Origin: a phage
Sequence record: OZ335961.1
Length of the DNA: 64,000 bases
Reading direction: 5' to 3' (one strand)
Position numbers and translations under genes: made by a program. Below are positions 48,439-64,000 of this stretch, piece by piece. The notes beneath the pieces are model-generated. The model did not search any database. It saw only the letters and a program-made list of their open reading frames with translations, and was not told the DNA's origin. How positions within the stretch are numbered: position 1 is the stretch's first letter; every line of letters starts with the position of its first letter.

Positions 48439-50421
48439 ATGGCAAATACCCCTGTAAATTATCAATTAACAAGAACAGCAAATGCTATTCCCGAGATATT
48501 CGTCGGGGGTACATTTGCTGAAATAAAACAAAACCTCATTGAATGGCTTAATGGCCAAAATGAATTTTTGGATTATGATTTTGAAGGCTCAAGATTAAAC
48601 GTTCTGTGTGACCTTTTGGCTTATAATACATTGTACATTCAGCAGTTTGGTAATGCTGCCTTGTATGAAAGCTTTATGCGTACTGCTAATTTGCGTAGTT
48701 CAGTAGTTCAAGCTGCACAAGATAATGGATATTTACCTACTTCAAAATCAGCTGCTCAAACTGAAATTATGCTAACTTGCACAGACGCATTGAATAGAAA
48801 TTACATTACTATTCCTCGCGGTACTCGCTTTTTAGCATATGCAAAAGATACTTCCGTTAATCCTTATAACTTTGTATCTACCGAAGATGTTATTGCTATT
48901 CGCGATAAAAATAACCAATATTTTCCGCGTTTAAAATTAGCCCAAGGGCGTATAGTAAGAACTGAAATCATTTATGATAAATTAACACCTATTATCATTT
49001 ATGACAAAAATATAGATAGAAACCAAGTTAAGCTGTATGTTGATGGAGCAGAATGGATTAACTGGACAAGAAAGTCAATGGTTCATGCTGGTTCTACATC
49101 AACAATTTACTACATGCGTGAAACTATTGATGGAAATACTGAATTTTATTTTGGTGAAGGTGAGATTTCCGTTAATGCGGCAGAAGGAGCATTGACTGCT
49201 AATTATATTGGAGGTCTTAAACCTACCCAGAACTCTACGATTGTTATTGAGTACATCAGTACTAACGGTGCAGATGCGAACGGCGCAGTCGGATTTTCAT
49301 ATGCAGATACATTAACAAATATAACTGTCATCAATATTAATGAAAATCCAAACGACGACCCAGATTTTGTTGGAGCAGACGGCGGCGGTGACCCAGAAGA
49401 TATTGAGCGTATTCGCGAATTGGGTACTATTAAACGCGAAACCCAACAACGCTGCGTAACTGCGACTGATTATGATACATTCGTTTCAGAGAGATTTGGT
49501 TCTATTATTCAAGCAGTTCAAACTTTCACTGATTCTACAAAACCCGGTTATGCATTTATTGCTGCTAAACCTAAATCAGGTCTGTATTTAACTACTGTAC
49601 AGCGTGAAGATATTAAAAATTATCTCAAAGACTATAATTTAGCTCCTATTACACCATCAATTATTTCTCCTAATTACCTTTTTATTAAGACTAATTTAAA
49701 AGTCACATATGCTTTAAATAAGCTGCAAGAATCTGAACAGTGGCTTGAAGGTCAAATAATTGATAAAATTGATCGTTATTATACCGAAGACGTAGAAATT
49801 TTTAACTCATCTTTCGCTAAATCTAAGATGTTGACATATGTAGATGATGCAGATCATTCTATCATTGGCTCATCAGCGACAATTCAAATTGTTCGTGAAG
49901 TACAAAACTTCTATAAAACGCCTGAAGCAGGTATTAAATACAATAATCAAATAAAAGATCGTTCTATGAAATCTAATACATTTTCATTTAATTCTGGACG
50001 AAAGGTTGTAAATCCTGATACTGGTTTAGAAGAAGATGTATTATATGACGTTCGTATAGTATCAACAGACCGAGATTCTAAAGGAATTGGTAAAGTTGTT
50101 ATTGGTCCATTTGCTTCTGGCGATGTTACAGAAAATGAAAACATTCGGCCATATTCAGGCAACGATTTTAACAAATTAGCAAATTCTGATGGACGCGACA
50201 AATACTATGTTATCGGTGAAATAAATTATCCAGCTGATGTGATTTATTGGAATATCGCTAAAATTAATTTAACATCTGAAAAATTTGAAGTTCAGACTAT
50301 TGAATTATATTCTGACCCAACCGATGATGTTATCTTTACTCGCGATGGTTCACTGATTGTATTTGAAAATGACTTACGTCCACAATACTTAACTATCGAT
50401 TTGGAGCCTATATCACAATGA
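48439..50421 (+). CDS. 6: gp6 baseplate wedge protein
   Basis: 660 aa; size/synteny. Confidence 0.9.
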   Translation: MANTPVNYQLTRTANAIPEIFVGGTFAEIKQNLIEWLNGQNEFLDYDFEGSRLNVLCDLLAYNTLYIQQFGNAALYESFMRTANLRSSVVQAAQDNGYLPTSKSAAQTEIMLTCTDALNRNYITIPRGTRFLAYAKDTSVNPYNFVSTEDVIAIRDKNNQYFPRLKLAQGRIVRTEIIYDKLTPIIIYDKNIDRNQVKLYVDGAEWINWTRKSMVHAGSTSTIYYMRETIDGNTEFYFGEGEISVNAAEGALTANYIGGLKPTQNSTIVIEYISTNGADANGAVGFSYADTLTNITVININENPNDDPDFVGADGGGDPEDIERIRELGTIKRETQQRCVTATDYDTFVSERFGSIIQAVQTFTDSTKPGYAFIAAKPKSGLYLTTVQREDIKNYLKDYNLAPITPSIISPNYLFIKTNLKVTYALNKLQESEQWLEGQIIDKIDRYYTEDVEIFNSSFAKSKMLTYVDDADHSIIGSSATIQIVREVQNFYKTPEAGIKYNNQIKDRSMKSNTFSFNSGRKVVNPDTGLEEDVLYDVRIVSTDRDSKGIGKVVIGPFASGDVTENENIRPYSGNDFNKLANSDGRDKYYVIGEINYPADVIYWNIAKINLTSEKFEVQTIELYSDPTDDVIFTRDGSLIVFENDLRPQYLTIDLEPISQ

Positions 50422-53400
50422 CAGTAAAAGCACCTTCAGTCACTAGTCTCAGAATTTCCAAGTTATCCGCAAATCAGGTGCAAGTACGCTGGGATGACGT
50501 TGGTGCTAATTTCTACTATTTTGTAGAAATCGCTGAGACAAAAACAGACTCGGGGGAAAATCTCCCGAGTAATCAATATAGATGGATTAACTTAGGATAT
50601 ACTGCAAATAACAGCTTCTTTTTTGACGATGCTGACCCATTGACATCATACATTATTAGAGTAGCTACAGCTGCACAAGATTTTGAGCAGTCTGATTGGA
50701 TTTATACCGAAGAGTTTGAAACTTTTGCTACAAATGCTTATACATTTCAAAACATGATTGAAATGCAATTAGCCAATAAATTCATTCAGGAAAAATTTAC
50801 TCTTAATAATTCTGACTATGTTAATTTTAATAATGACACTATAATGGCTGCATTGATGAATGAATCATTCCAATTCAGCCCATCATATGCTGATGTTTCA
50901 TCAATAAGTAATTTTATTATTGGTGAAAATGAATATCATGAAATACAGGGTTCTATTCAGCAAGTATGTAAGGATATTAACCGAGTTTATTTGATGGAAT
51001 CAGAAGGGATTTTATATCTTTTTGAGCGTTATCAACCTGTAGTTAAAGTATCTAATGATAAAGGACAAACCTGGAAAGCTGTAAAGCTCTTCAATGACCG
51101 TGTAGGATATCCTTTATCTAAGACAGTATATTACCAATCTGCGAGCACAACATACGTTCTAGGATACGACAAGATTTTCTATGGCCGCAAATCTACTGAT
51201 GTTAGATGGTCAGCTGATGATGTTAGATTTAGTTCACAGGATATAACATTTGCTAAACTTGGTTATCAACTTCATTTGGGATTTGATGTTGAAATCTTTG
51301 GTACTTATGCTACATTACCTGCAAACGTGTATCGTATAGCTGAAGCTATTACTTGCACCGATGATTACATTTACGTTGTCGCCAGAGACAAAGTTAGATA
51401 CATAAAAACAAGCAATGCACCTATAGATTCTGACCCATTATCTCCAACATATTCGGAAAGGCTTTTTGAACCTGATACAATGACTATAACTGGAAATCCT
51501 AAAGCAGTATGCTATAAAATGGATTCTATCGGTGATAAAGTTTTTGCTCTTATTATTGGTGAAGTTGAAACATTAAATGCTAATCCTAGAACATCAAAAA
51601 TAATTGATTCTGCTGATAAAGGAATATATGTTTTAAATCATGGCACAAAAACGTGGAAAAGAGTTTTTGGCAATACTGAAGAAGAAAGAAGACGTATTCA
51701 ACCCGGGTATGCGAATATGTCAACTGATGGTAAATTAGTTTCGCTATCTTCAAGTAATTTTAAATTTTTAAGTGATAATATTGTTAATGACCCTGAAACT
51801 GCAGCAAAATATCAGTTAATTGGTGCCGTTAAATATGAATTTCCTCGTGAATGGTTAGCTGATAAGCATTATCATATGATGGCATTTATAGCAGATGAAA
51901 AATCTGATTGGGAAACTTTTACTCCTCAGCCAATGAAATATTATGCAGAACCATTCTTTAACTGGTCTAAAAAATCTAACACACGGTGTTGGATAAACAA
52001 CTCTGATAGAGCTGTAGTAGTTTATGCTGATTTAAAATACACTAAAGTTATTGAAAATTTTCCAGAAACATCTCCAGACAGATTAGTTCATGAATACTGG
52101 GATGACGGTGATTGCACTATAGTAATGCCAAACGTTAAATTCACTGGATTTAAAAAATATGCGTCTGGGATGCTTTTTTATAAATCCTCCGGTGAAATAA
52201 TTTCTTATTATGATTTTAACTATCGAGTGAGAGACACGGTTGAAATAATTTGGAAGCCAACTGGAATATTTTTAAAAGCATTTTTACAAAACCAAGAGCG
52301 TGAAACTCCTTGGTCACCAGAAGAAGAGCATGGATTAGCTGACCCTGATTTAAGACCATTAATTGGCACAATGATGCCTGATTCTTATTTACTACAAGAT
52401 TCGAATTTTGAGGCATTTTGCGAAGCATATATTCAGTATCTTTCTGATGGATATGGAACTCAGTATAACAATTTACGAAATTTAATTCGTAACAAATATC
52501 CACGAGAAGAGCATGCATGGGAATATTTGTGGTCAGAGATATATAAAAGAAACATTTATTTAAATGCTGACAAACGTGATGCTGTTACAAGATTTTTCGA
52601 ATCACGTAGCTATGATTTTTATTCTACTAAAGGAATTGAAGCATCATACAAATTTCTTTTTAAAGTTCTTTATAATGAAGAAGTTGAAATTGAAATTGAA
52701 TCTGGGGCTGGTACTGAATATGATATAATCGTTCAATCTGATTCTTTGACCGAAGACTTAGTAGGACAAACGATTTATACAGCTACAGGAAGATGTAATG
52801 TTACTTATATAGAAAGAAGCTATTCTAATGGTAAATTGCAATGGACCGTAACTATTCATAATCTTTTGGGAAGATTAATTGCCGGTCAAGAAGTTAAAGC
52901 AGAAAGACTCCCTAGTTTCGAAGGCGAAATTATTCGCGGGGTTAAAGGAAAGGATTTGCTTCAAAATAATATAGACTATATTAATAGAAGTAGATCATAT
53001 TATGTAATGAAAATTAAATCCAATTTACCTTCTTCCCGCTGGAAATCTGACGTTATTCGTTTTGTTCATCCAGTAGGATTTGGATTTATAGCAATTACTC
53101 TTTTAACAATGTTTATTAATGTTGGTTTAACTCTTAAACATACAGAGACTATAATTAATAAATACAAAAACTACAAATGGGATTCTGGATTGCCTACTGA
53201 ATATGCTGATAGAGTAGCTAAATTAACTCCAACTGGTGAAATTGAACATGATTCAGTAACAGGAGAAGCAATTTATGAACCTGGCCCAATGGCTGGTGTA
53301 GAATATCCTCTTCCTGATGACTATAATGCTGAAAATAACAATTCAATATTTCAAGGTCAATTGCCGTCTGAACGACGCAAATTAATGAGTCCTTTATTTG

Positions 53401-53516
53401 ATGCATCTGGAACAACATTTGCACAATTTAGAGATTTAGTTAATAAACGTCTAAAAGATAATATAGGAAATCCAAGAGACCCTGAAAATCCAACACAGGT
53501 TAAAATAGATGAATGA
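50418..53516 (+). CDS. 7: gp7 baseplate wedge initiator
   Basis: 1032 aa; size/synteny. Confidence 0.9.
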   Translation: MTVKAPSVTSLRISKLSANQVQVRWDDVGANFYYFVEIAETKTDSGENLPSNQYRWINLGYTANNSFFFDDADPLTSYIIRVATAAQDFEQSDWIYTEEFETFATNAYTFQNMIEMQLANKFIQEKFTLNNSDYVNFNNDTIMAALMNESFQFSPSYADVSSISNFIIGENEYHEIQGSIQQVCKDINRVYLMESEGILYLFERYQPVVKVSNDKGQTWKAVKLFNDRVGYPLSKTVYYQSASTTYVLGYDKIFYGRKSTDVRWSADDVRFSSQDITFAKLGYQLHLGFDVEIFGTYATLPANVYRIAEAITCTDDYIYVVARDKVRYIKTSNAPIDSDPLSPTYSERLFEPDTMTITGNPKAVCYKMDSIGDKVFALIIGEVETLNANPRTSKIIDSADKGIYVLNHGTKTWKRVFGNTEEERRRIQPGYANMSTDGKLVSLSSSNFKFLSDNIVNDPETAAKYQLIGAVKYEFPREWLADKHYHMMAFIADEKSDWETFTPQPMKYYAEPFFNWSKKSNTRCWINNSDRAVVVYADLKYTKVIENFPETSPDRLVHEYWDDGDCTIVMPNVKFTGFKKYASGMLFYKSSGEIISYYDFNYRVRDTVEIIWKPTGIFLKAFLQNQERETPWSPEEEHGLADPDLRPLIGTMMPDSYLLQDSNFEAFCEAYIQYLSDGYGTQYNNLRNLIRNKYPREEHAWEYLWSEIYKRNIYLNADKRDAVTRFFESRSYDFYSTKGIEASYKFLFKVLYNEEVEIEIESGAGTEYDIIVQSDSLTEDLVGQTIYTATGRCNVTYIERSYSNGKLQWTVTIHNLLGRLIAGQEVKAERLPSFEGEIIRGVKGKDLLQNNIDYINRSRSYYVMKIKSNLPSSRWKSDVIRFVHPVGFGFIAITLLTMFINVGLTLKHTETIINKYKNYKWDSGLPTEYADRVAKLTPTGEIEHDSVTGEAIYEPGPMAGVEYPLPDDYNAENNNSIFQGQLPSERRKLMSPLFDASGTTFAQFRDLVNKRLKDNIGNPRDPENPTQVKIDE

Positions 53517-54513
53517 TTCAAGTGTTATCTATCGTGCGATAGTTACTTCAAAATTTAGAACAGAAAAAATGTTGAATTTTTATAATTCAATTGGAAGTGG
53601 TCCAGATAAAAACACTATCTTTATCACATTTGGAAGATCAGAACCGTGGTCATCAAATGAAAATGAGGTGGGCTTTGCTCCACCTTATCCAACTGATTCT
53701 GTATTGGGTGTAACTGACATGTGGACTCATATGATGGGAACTGTAAAGGTTCTTCCATCTATGCTTGATGCAGTTATTCCTCGTAGAGATTGGGGAGATA
53801 CTAGATATCCGGATCCATACACATTTAGAATTAACGATATTGTAGTGTGTAACTCAGCTCCTTACAATGCTACCGAATCAGGCGCAGGCTGGTTAGTATA
53901 TCGTTGTTTAGATGTTCCTGATACAGGAATGTGCTCAATTGAGTCTTTAACTAATAAGGATGAATGCCTTAAGTTAGGTGGAAAATGGACTCCTTCTGTT
54001 AGGTCAATGACTCCTCCTGAAGGTCGAGGAGACGCGGAAGGAACAATCGAACCCGGAGACGGATATGTTTGGGAATATCTTTTTGAGATTCCGCCTGATG
54101 TATCTATAAATAGATGCACGAATGAGTATATCGTGGTTCCTTGGCCTGAGGAATTAAAAGAAGACCCGGCTAGATGGGGTTATGAAGATAATCTCACTTG
54201 GCAACAAGATGATTTCGGATTAATTTATCGCGTTAAGGCAAACACTATACGTTTTAAAGCATATTTAGATTCAGTTTATTTTCCGGAAGCTGCATTGCCT
54301 GGAAATAAAGGATTTAGACAAATATCAATAATCACGAATCCTCTTGAAGCTAAAGCTAATCCAAATGACCCAAACGTTAAAGCTGAAAAGGATTATTATG
54401 ATCCGGAAGATTTAATGAGGCATTCGGGCGAAATGATTTATATGGAAAATAGGCCACCTATTATCATGGCAATGGATCAAACAGAAGAAATCAATATTCT
54501 GTTTACATTTTAA
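53509..54513 (+). CDS. 8: gp8 baseplate wedge protein
   Basis: 334 aa; followed by plus-strand terminator. Confidence 0.9.
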   Translation: MNDSSVIYRAIVTSKFRTEKMLNFYNSIGSGPDKNTIFITFGRSEPWSSNENEVGFAPPYPTDSVLGVTDMWTHMMGTVKVLPSMLDAVIPRRDWGDTRYPDPYTFRINDIVVCNSAPYNATESGAGWLVYRCLDVPDTGMCSIESLTNKDECLKLGGKWTPSVRSMTPPEGRGDAEGTIEPGDGYVWEYLFEIPPDVSINRCTNEYIVVPWPEELKEDPARWGYEDNLTWQQDDFGLIYRVKANTIRFKAYLDSVYFPEAALPGNKGFRQISIITNPLEAKANPNDPNVKAEKDYYDPEDLMRHSGEMIYMENRPPIIMAMDQTEEINILFTF

Positions 54514-54518
54514 CTTAA

Positions 54519-54541
54519 GGGAGCCCATGGGCTCCCTTTTT
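54519..54541 (+). terminator. rho-independent terminator after gene 8
   Basis: GGGAGCCC-AUGG-GCUCCC followed by TTTTT on plus strand. Confidence 0.7.
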
Positions 54542-54544
54542 CTT

Positions 54545-54552
54545 TATAAATA
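54545..54552 (+). promoter_or_regulatory. late promoter (TATAAATA) for gene 9
   Basis: Exact TATAAATA between gene 8 terminator and gene 9. Confidence 0.6.
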
Positions 54553-54576
54553 CTATAAACTCATAAGGAAACCGCT

Positions 54577-55443
54577 ATGTTCATTCAAGAACCAAAGAAA
54601 TTGATTGATACCGGCGAAATTGGTAACGCTTCTACTGGTGATATCTTATTCGACGGTGGTAATAAAATTAATAGTGATTTTAACGCAATTTATAATGCGT
54701 TTGGCGATCAGCGCAAAATGGCAGTAGCAAATGGCACTGGAGCAAATGGACAAATTATCCATGCTACTGGATATTATCAAAAACACTCTATTGCAGAGTA
54801 CGCAACTCCAGTGAAAGTTGGCACTAGGCATGATATTGATACCTCTACTGTAGGTGTTAAAGTTATCATTGAAAGAGGCGAACTTGGCGACTGCGTTGAA
54901 TTTATTAACTCAAATGGATCTATATCAGTTACTAATCCTTTAACGATTCAAGCGATTGATTCAATTAAAGGTGTTTCAGGTAATTTGGTAGTAACTAGCC
55001 CATATAGTAAAGTTACTTTACGTTGTATTTCATCTGATAATTCTACATCGGTTTGGAATTATTCTATTGAAAGCATGTTTGGACAAAAGGAATCACCAGC
55101 TGAAGGTACATGGAATATTTCTACATCCGGATCAGTTGATATTCCACTATTTCATCGTACTGAATACAATATGGCTAAATTGCTAGTTACGTGCCAATCG
55201 GTAGATGGAAGAAAAATTAAAACAGCAGAAATAAATATTCTTGTGGATACTGTTAATTCAGAAGTCATTTCTTCTGAATATGCTGTCATGCGGGTCGGCA
55301 ATGAAACCGAAGAAGACGAAATCGCTAATATTGCATTTAGTATTAAAGAAAATTATGTAACGGCGACTATAAGTTCTCCAACTGTCGGTATGAGAGCAGC
55401 AGTTAAAGTTATCGCTACGCAGAAAATCGGGGTGGCTCAATAA
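54577..55443 (+). CDS. 9: gp9 baseplate wedge / long tail fiber socket
   Basis: 288 aa; late promoter TATAAATA upstream. Confidence 0.9.
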   Translation: MFIQEPKKLIDTGEIGNASTGDILFDGGNKINSDFNAIYNAFGDQRKMAVANGTGANGQIIHATGYYQKHSIAEYATPVKVGTRHDIDTSTVGVKVIIERGELGDCVEFINSNGSISVTNPLTIQAIDSIKGVSGNLVVTSPYSKVTLRCISSDNSTSVWNYSIESMFGQKESPAEGTWNISTSGSVDIPLFHRTEYNMAKLLVTCQSVDGRKIKTAEINILVDTVNSEVISSEYAVMRVGNETEEDEIANIAFSIKENYVTATISSPTVGMRAAVKVIATQKIGVAQ

Positions 55444-57248
55444 TGAAACAAAATATTAATATCGGTAATGTTGTAGATGATGGTACCGGTGACTACCTGC
55501 GTAAAGGTGGTATAAAAATAAATGAAAACTTTGATGAACTTTATTATGAACTCGGTGATGGTGATGTTCCATATTCAGCCGGTGCCTGGAAAACTTATAA
55601 TGCTTCATCTGGGCAAACACTAACGGCAGAATGGGGAAAATCATACGCTATTAATACTTCGTCTGGGAGAGTAACACTACAACTTCCTAAAGGAACTGTT
55701 AATGATTATAATAAAGTAATTAGAGCTAGGGATGTATTCGCAACATGGAACATTAATCCAGTTACTTTAGTAGCTGCTTCTGGAGATACAATTAAAGGGT
55801 CGTCATCATCGGTTGAAATTAATATTCAATTTAGTGATTTGGAGTTAGTTTATTGTGCTCCAGGACGTTGGGAATATGTCAAAAATAAGCAAATTGACAA
55901 AATTATTAGTTCAGATATTAGTAATGTAGCTCGCAAAGAATTTTTAGTAGAAGTTCAAGGACAAACTGACTTCTTAGATATTTTCCGTGGAACTAGTTAT
56001 AATGTTAATAACATAAGAGTAAAACATCGCGGTAACGAATTATATTACGGCGATGTATTTAGTGAAAACAGTGACTTTGGCTCTCCAGGGGAAAATGAAG
56101 GAGAATTAATTCCTCTTGATGGATTTAATATTAGGTTAAGACAGCCTTGTAATATTGGTGACACTGTTCAAATTGAAACATTTATGGATGGTGTATCACA
56201 ATGGAGAAGTTCATATACAAGACGCCAAATAAAAGTACTAGATTCAAAACTAACATCAAAGACTTCTTTAGAAGGAAGCATTTATGTTACTGATTTATCG
56301 GCGATGAAATCAATTCCATTTTCTGCATTTGGATTAATTCCTGGTGAACCTATTAATCCTAATTCTCTTGAGGTTCGTTTTAATGGAATTTTACAGCAGC
56401 AGGCTGGAACAGCTGGATATCCTCTGTTTTTGTGCGAAGGCGCTAATTCAGATACGCAAGAAGGATGTATATCTCTTGGTGGCGAATGGAAAGAATCAAA
56501 CACCGATTATTCTATAGAATATGAAGACGGAAAACCTGTCAGTCTTTTATTTGATAGAAAATTTGAATCCGGCGACATTATCGTTATAACATGGTTCAAT
56601 AACGATTTAGGAACTCTTTTAGAAAAAGATGACATCATTGAATTGACTGATGACCGCTATGTTAGCAAAGGATCATCTACCGAGGTTACTGGTGATGTAG
56701 CCTTAACGGATTTTGATAAAATTGGTTGGCCAAATGTTGAAAAAGTTGATTCTTATACTAGAACGTATAATTCAATATCATCTATTTTCGACAGCATTTA
56801 TCCAGTTGGTTCAATTTATGAAAATGCTATAAACCCAAATAATCCAGTGACTTATATGGGATTTGGTTCGTGGAAATTATTTGGTAAAGGACAAGTTTTA
56901 GTAGGATGGAATGATGATGTTACAGATCCAAACTTTGCATTAAACAATAATGATTTAGATTCTAGCGGAAATCCTTCACATACTGCAGGTGGAACAGTTG
57001 GAACAACATCAGTAACGCTTGAAAACGCAAATCTTCCTGCGACTAAAACTGATGAAAGAGTTTTAATTGAAGACGAAAATGGATCAGTTATTATTGGAGG
57101 TTGTCAATATGACCCAGATGAAACTGGTCCTATATATACAAAATATCGTGAAGACTACGCAACAACAAACTCTTCACATACTCCTCCTGCTAATATTAGT
57201 AATATTCAACCATCTATTACTGTATACCGTTGGATAAGGATTGCATAA
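55443..57248 (+). CDS. 10: gp10 baseplate wedge / short-fiber attachment
   Basis: 601 aa. Confidence 0.9.
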   Translation: MKQNINIGNVVDDGTGDYLRKGGIKINENFDELYYELGDGDVPYSAGAWKTYNASSGQTLTAEWGKSYAINTSSGRVTLQLPKGTVNDYNKVIRARDVFATWNINPVTLVAASGDTIKGSSSSVEINIQFSDLELVYCAPGRWEYVKNKQIDKIISSDISNVARKEFLVEVQGQTDFLDIFRGTSYNVNNIRVKHRGNELYYGDVFSENSDFGSPGENEGELIPLDGFNIRLRQPCNIGDTVQIETFMDGVSQWRSSYTRRQIKVLDSKLTSKTSLEGSIYVTDLSAMKSIPFSAFGLIPGEPINPNSLEVRFNGILQQQAGTAGYPLFLCEGANSDTQEGCISLGGEWKESNTDYSIEYEDGKPVSLLFDRKFESGDIIVITWFNNDLGTLLEKDDIIELTDDRYVSKGSSTEVTGDVALTDFDKIGWPNVEKVDSYTRTYNSISSIFDSIYPVGSIYENAINPNNPVTYMGFGSWKLFGKGQVLVGWNDDVTDPNFALNNNDLDSSGNPSHTAGGTVGTTSVTLENANLPATKTDERVLIEDENGSVIIGGCQYDPDETGPIYTKYREDYATTNSSHTPPANISNIQPSITVYRWIRIA

Positions 57249-57250
57249 TG

Positions 57251-57907
57251 AGTTTACTTAATAATAAAGCGGGAGTTATTTCCCGCTTAGCGGATTTTCT
57301 TGGTTTTAGAACTAAGAAAAATGATATTTCGGTTATGAATAATCAACCAGTAGGCGCGGTAACAATTTCACAAATATCAAAAGGTTTTTATGATTCAAAT
57401 GTAGAATCTGCTATCAATGATGTTAGAAATATGGCAGAGCAACAGGTTGGAGCTGTATTAGTTAATATAAGTGGCGTATCTCCTACTGGTGTGCAACAAA
57501 CAGATTATTGGTCATTTGAAGGAACTGTTACTGATACTTCAGCAAAACCGGGTGACCCAGTTATCGTTAACATGTTTGGTATTCCAGTTAAAGCTACTAA
57601 TGGAATGACTTCAATTGAATTCACAAGTGCCGTTAGAATAGCTCTACAGGAAATGGTTGTAAAATTTATCGCAATTGATTCATTTGAAGACCATCCTACC
57701 ATAGGAAATAAAATACAAGTTAAGTATTTAGATAACCAAGAACATATCTTAGAACAATACTCTGATAAAGGAATTACTTTCAAACAAGAAATAATTTCTC
57801 CTTCTAAACCTGGGTATGGAACTTGGCAATTATTAGGTGCGCAAACTGTTACGCTAGATAGTCACACACAACCTACAGTATTTTATTATTTTGAGAGAAT
57901 AGCATGA
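57251..57907 (+). CDS. 11: gp11 baseplate wedge / short-fiber connector
   Basis: 219 aa from MSLLNNKAG (track starts 7 codons upstream at 57230). Confidence 0.85.
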   Translation, partial: SLLNNKAGVISRLADFLGFRTKKNDISVMNNQPVGAVTISQISKGFYDSNVESAINDVRNMAEQQVGAVLVNISGVSPTGVQQTDYWSFEGTVTDTSAKPGDPVIVNMFGIPVKATNGMTSIEFTSAVRIALQEMVVKFIAIDSFEDHPTIGNKIQVKYLDNQEHILEQYSDKGITFKQEIISPSKPGYGTWQLLGAQTVTLDSHTQPTVFYYFERIA

Positions 57908-59454
57908 GTAACAATACATATCAGCACGTATCAAATGAATCAAAATATGTTAAATTCGATCCAGTAGGATCGAATTTTCCTGACACTGTCACGACAGTGC
58001 AATCTGCATTGTCAAAAATAAGTAATATTGGCGTAAATGGTATTCCTGATGCAACTATGGAAGTTAAAGGAATAGCAATGATTGCGTCAGAGCAAGAGGT
58101 TTTAGATGGAACTAATAATTCTAAAATCGTTACACCAGCTACATTAGCAACAAGATTATTGTATCCAAATGCTACTGAAACTAAGTATGGTTTAACGCGC
58201 TATTCAACAAATGAAGAAACTTTAGAAGGCTCAGATAATAATTCGTCAATAACTCCACAAAAATTGAAATACCATACTGACGATGTATTCCAAAACAGGT
58301 ATTCATCTGAATCATCAAATGGAGTTATTAAAATATCATCTACACCTGCGGCTTTGGCAGGTGTAGATGATACTACAGCGATGACTCCATTAAAAACCCA
58401 AAAACTTGCAATAAAATTAATTTCACAAATAGCTCCTTCCGAAGATACTGCATCAGAATCTGTGAGAGGTGTAGTTCAGTTATCAACTGTCGCTCAAACT
58501 CGTCAAGGAACTCTTCGCGAAGGATATGCAATTTCCCCATATACCTTTATGAATTCTGTTGCAACACAAGAATATAAGGGTGTTATACGTTTAGGAACGC
58601 AGTCGGAAATTAACAGTAATTTGGGGGATGTTGCAGTAACAGGTGAAACACTAAATGGTCGAGGAGCTACTGGTTCTATGCGTGGAGTAGTTAAATTAAC
58701 GACGCAGGCCGGTATTGCCCCTGAAGGTGATAGTTCTGGAGCATTAGCATGGAACGCGGATGTAATTAATACTCGTGGTGGACAAACTATTAATGGTTCT
58801 TTAAATTTAGACCATCTTACAGCAAATGGAATTTGGTCACGCGGTGGAATGTGGAAAAATGGCGATCAGCCAGTTGCGACAGAACGTTATGCGTCCGAAA
58901 GAATTCCAGTTGGGACTATTATGATGTTTGCAGGTGATTCAGCACCTCCTGGTTGGCTTATGTGCCATGGTGGAACCGTGTCAGGTGACCAATTTCCTGA
59001 TTATAGAAACGTAGTTGGAACGAGATTTGGTGGGGATTGGAATAATCCAGGGATTCCTGATATGCGAGGTCTTTTCGTCAGAGGAGCTGGCACAGGCGGT
59101 CATATTTTAAATCAACGAGGACAAGATGGTTATGGAAAGGATAGACTTGGCGTAGGATGTGACGGAATGCATGTTGGTGGTGTCCAGGCGCAACAAATGT
59201 CATACCATAAACACGCCGGTGGTTGGGGGGAATATAACAGAGGTGAAGGCCCATTTGGCGCGTCAGTTTATCAAGGATATCTTGGAACTAGAAAATATTC
59301 CGATTGGGATAATGCTTCATACTTCACTAATGATGGATTTGAATTAGGTGGACCGAGAGACGCTCATGGTACACTTAATCGTGAAGGATTAATTGGTTAT
59401 GAAACTAGACCATGGAATATATCATTAAACTATATTATTAAAGTTCATTACTAA
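57904..59454 (+). CDS. 12: gp12 short tail fiber
   Basis: 516 aa; receptor-binding C-terminal region; slightly shorter than T4 gp12 as recalled. Confidence 0.9.
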   Translation: MSNNTYQHVSNESKYVKFDPVGSNFPDTVTTVQSALSKISNIGVNGIPDATMEVKGIAMIASEQEVLDGTNNSKIVTPATLATRLLYPNATETKYGLTRYSTNEETLEGSDNNSSITPQKLKYHTDDVFQNRYSSESSNGVIKISSTPAALAGVDDTTAMTPLKTQKLAIKLISQIAPSEDTASESVRGVVQLSTVAQTRQGTLREGYAISPYTFMNSVATQEYKGVIRLGTQSEINSNLGDVAVTGETLNGRGATGSMRGVVKLTTQAGIAPEGDSSGALAWNADVINTRGGQTINGSLNLDHLTANGIWSRGGMWKNGDQPVATERYASERIPVGTIMMFAGDSAPPGWLMCHGGTVSGDQFPDYRNVVGTRFGGDWNNPGIPDMRGLFVRGAGTGGHILNQRGQDGYGKDRLGVGCDGMHVGGVQAQQMSYHKHAGGWGEYNRGEGPFGASVYQGYLGTRKYSDWDNASYFTNDGFELGGPRDAHGTLNREGLIGYETRPWNISLNYIIKVHY

Positions 59455-60921
<1,467 letters not shown>

Positions 60922-60924
60922 CAT

Positions 60925-60940
60925 GGGGCCGCAAGGCCCC
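60925..60940 (+). terminator. hairpin (weak terminator/attenuator) after wac
   Basis: GGGGCC-GCAA-GGCCCC, weak downstream U-tract. Confidence 0.4.
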
Positions 60941-60952
60941 AAAGGATTTTAA

Positions 60953-62654
<1,702 letters not shown>

Positions 62655-62695
62655 TAAATATTATAAACTAATTAAAGCCCAGATTAGGAGAAATC

Positions 62696-64000
<1,305 letters not shown>

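Overview
This window is a contiguous segment of a T4-like (T-even, Tequatrovirus-type) lytic myovirus genome, running from gene 45 (sliding clamp, truncated at the left edge) to gene 16 (terminase small subunit, truncated at the right edge). Positions 1-45259 are early/middle genes, all on the minus strand: 45, rpbA, 46/47 (Rad50/Mre11-like), a-gt, 55, nrdH/nrdG/nrdD, 49, nrdC plus a block of about 11 nrdC.x ORFs, rI, tk, regB, ipII, ipIII, e (lysozyme), nudE, a tRNA cluster with an embedded GIY-YIG homing endonuclease, 57B/57A, 1, 3, 2 and 4. Positions 45307-64000 are late structural genes on the plus strand: 53, 5, 5.1, 5.4, 6, 7, 8, 9, 10, 11, 12, wac, 13, 14, 15 and 16. Gene names with dotted numbers are assigned by synteny with T4 recalled from memory; no database search was possible. 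The phage is not wild-type T4 as I remember it: nrdD is an uninterrupted 605-aa ORF (no intron or I-TevIII), no denV ORF lies between vs.8 and ipII, the tRNA set differs, and lysozyme and fibritin carry a few substitutions. I could not identify one clearly novel system with confidence. The best candidates for accessory or undescribed biology are: (1) two loci encoding small proteins with T4-type capsid-targeting N-termini, each in its own promoter/terminator cassette, plus a four-ORF block beside them; (2) the dispensable nrdC-to-rI region, which holds a four-gene tandem paralog family, a P-loop ATPase, a minimal nucleotidyltransferase-fold protein and a macro-domain protein; (3) a host GrcA-like glycyl-radical module. 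CDS coordinates follow the ORF track. Hand-derived RNA, promoter and terminator coordinates are approximate (a few nt, possibly up to about 10 nt in the 37.9-38.8 kb tRNA region), because my manual indexing disagreed with the track by 1-8 nt in places.
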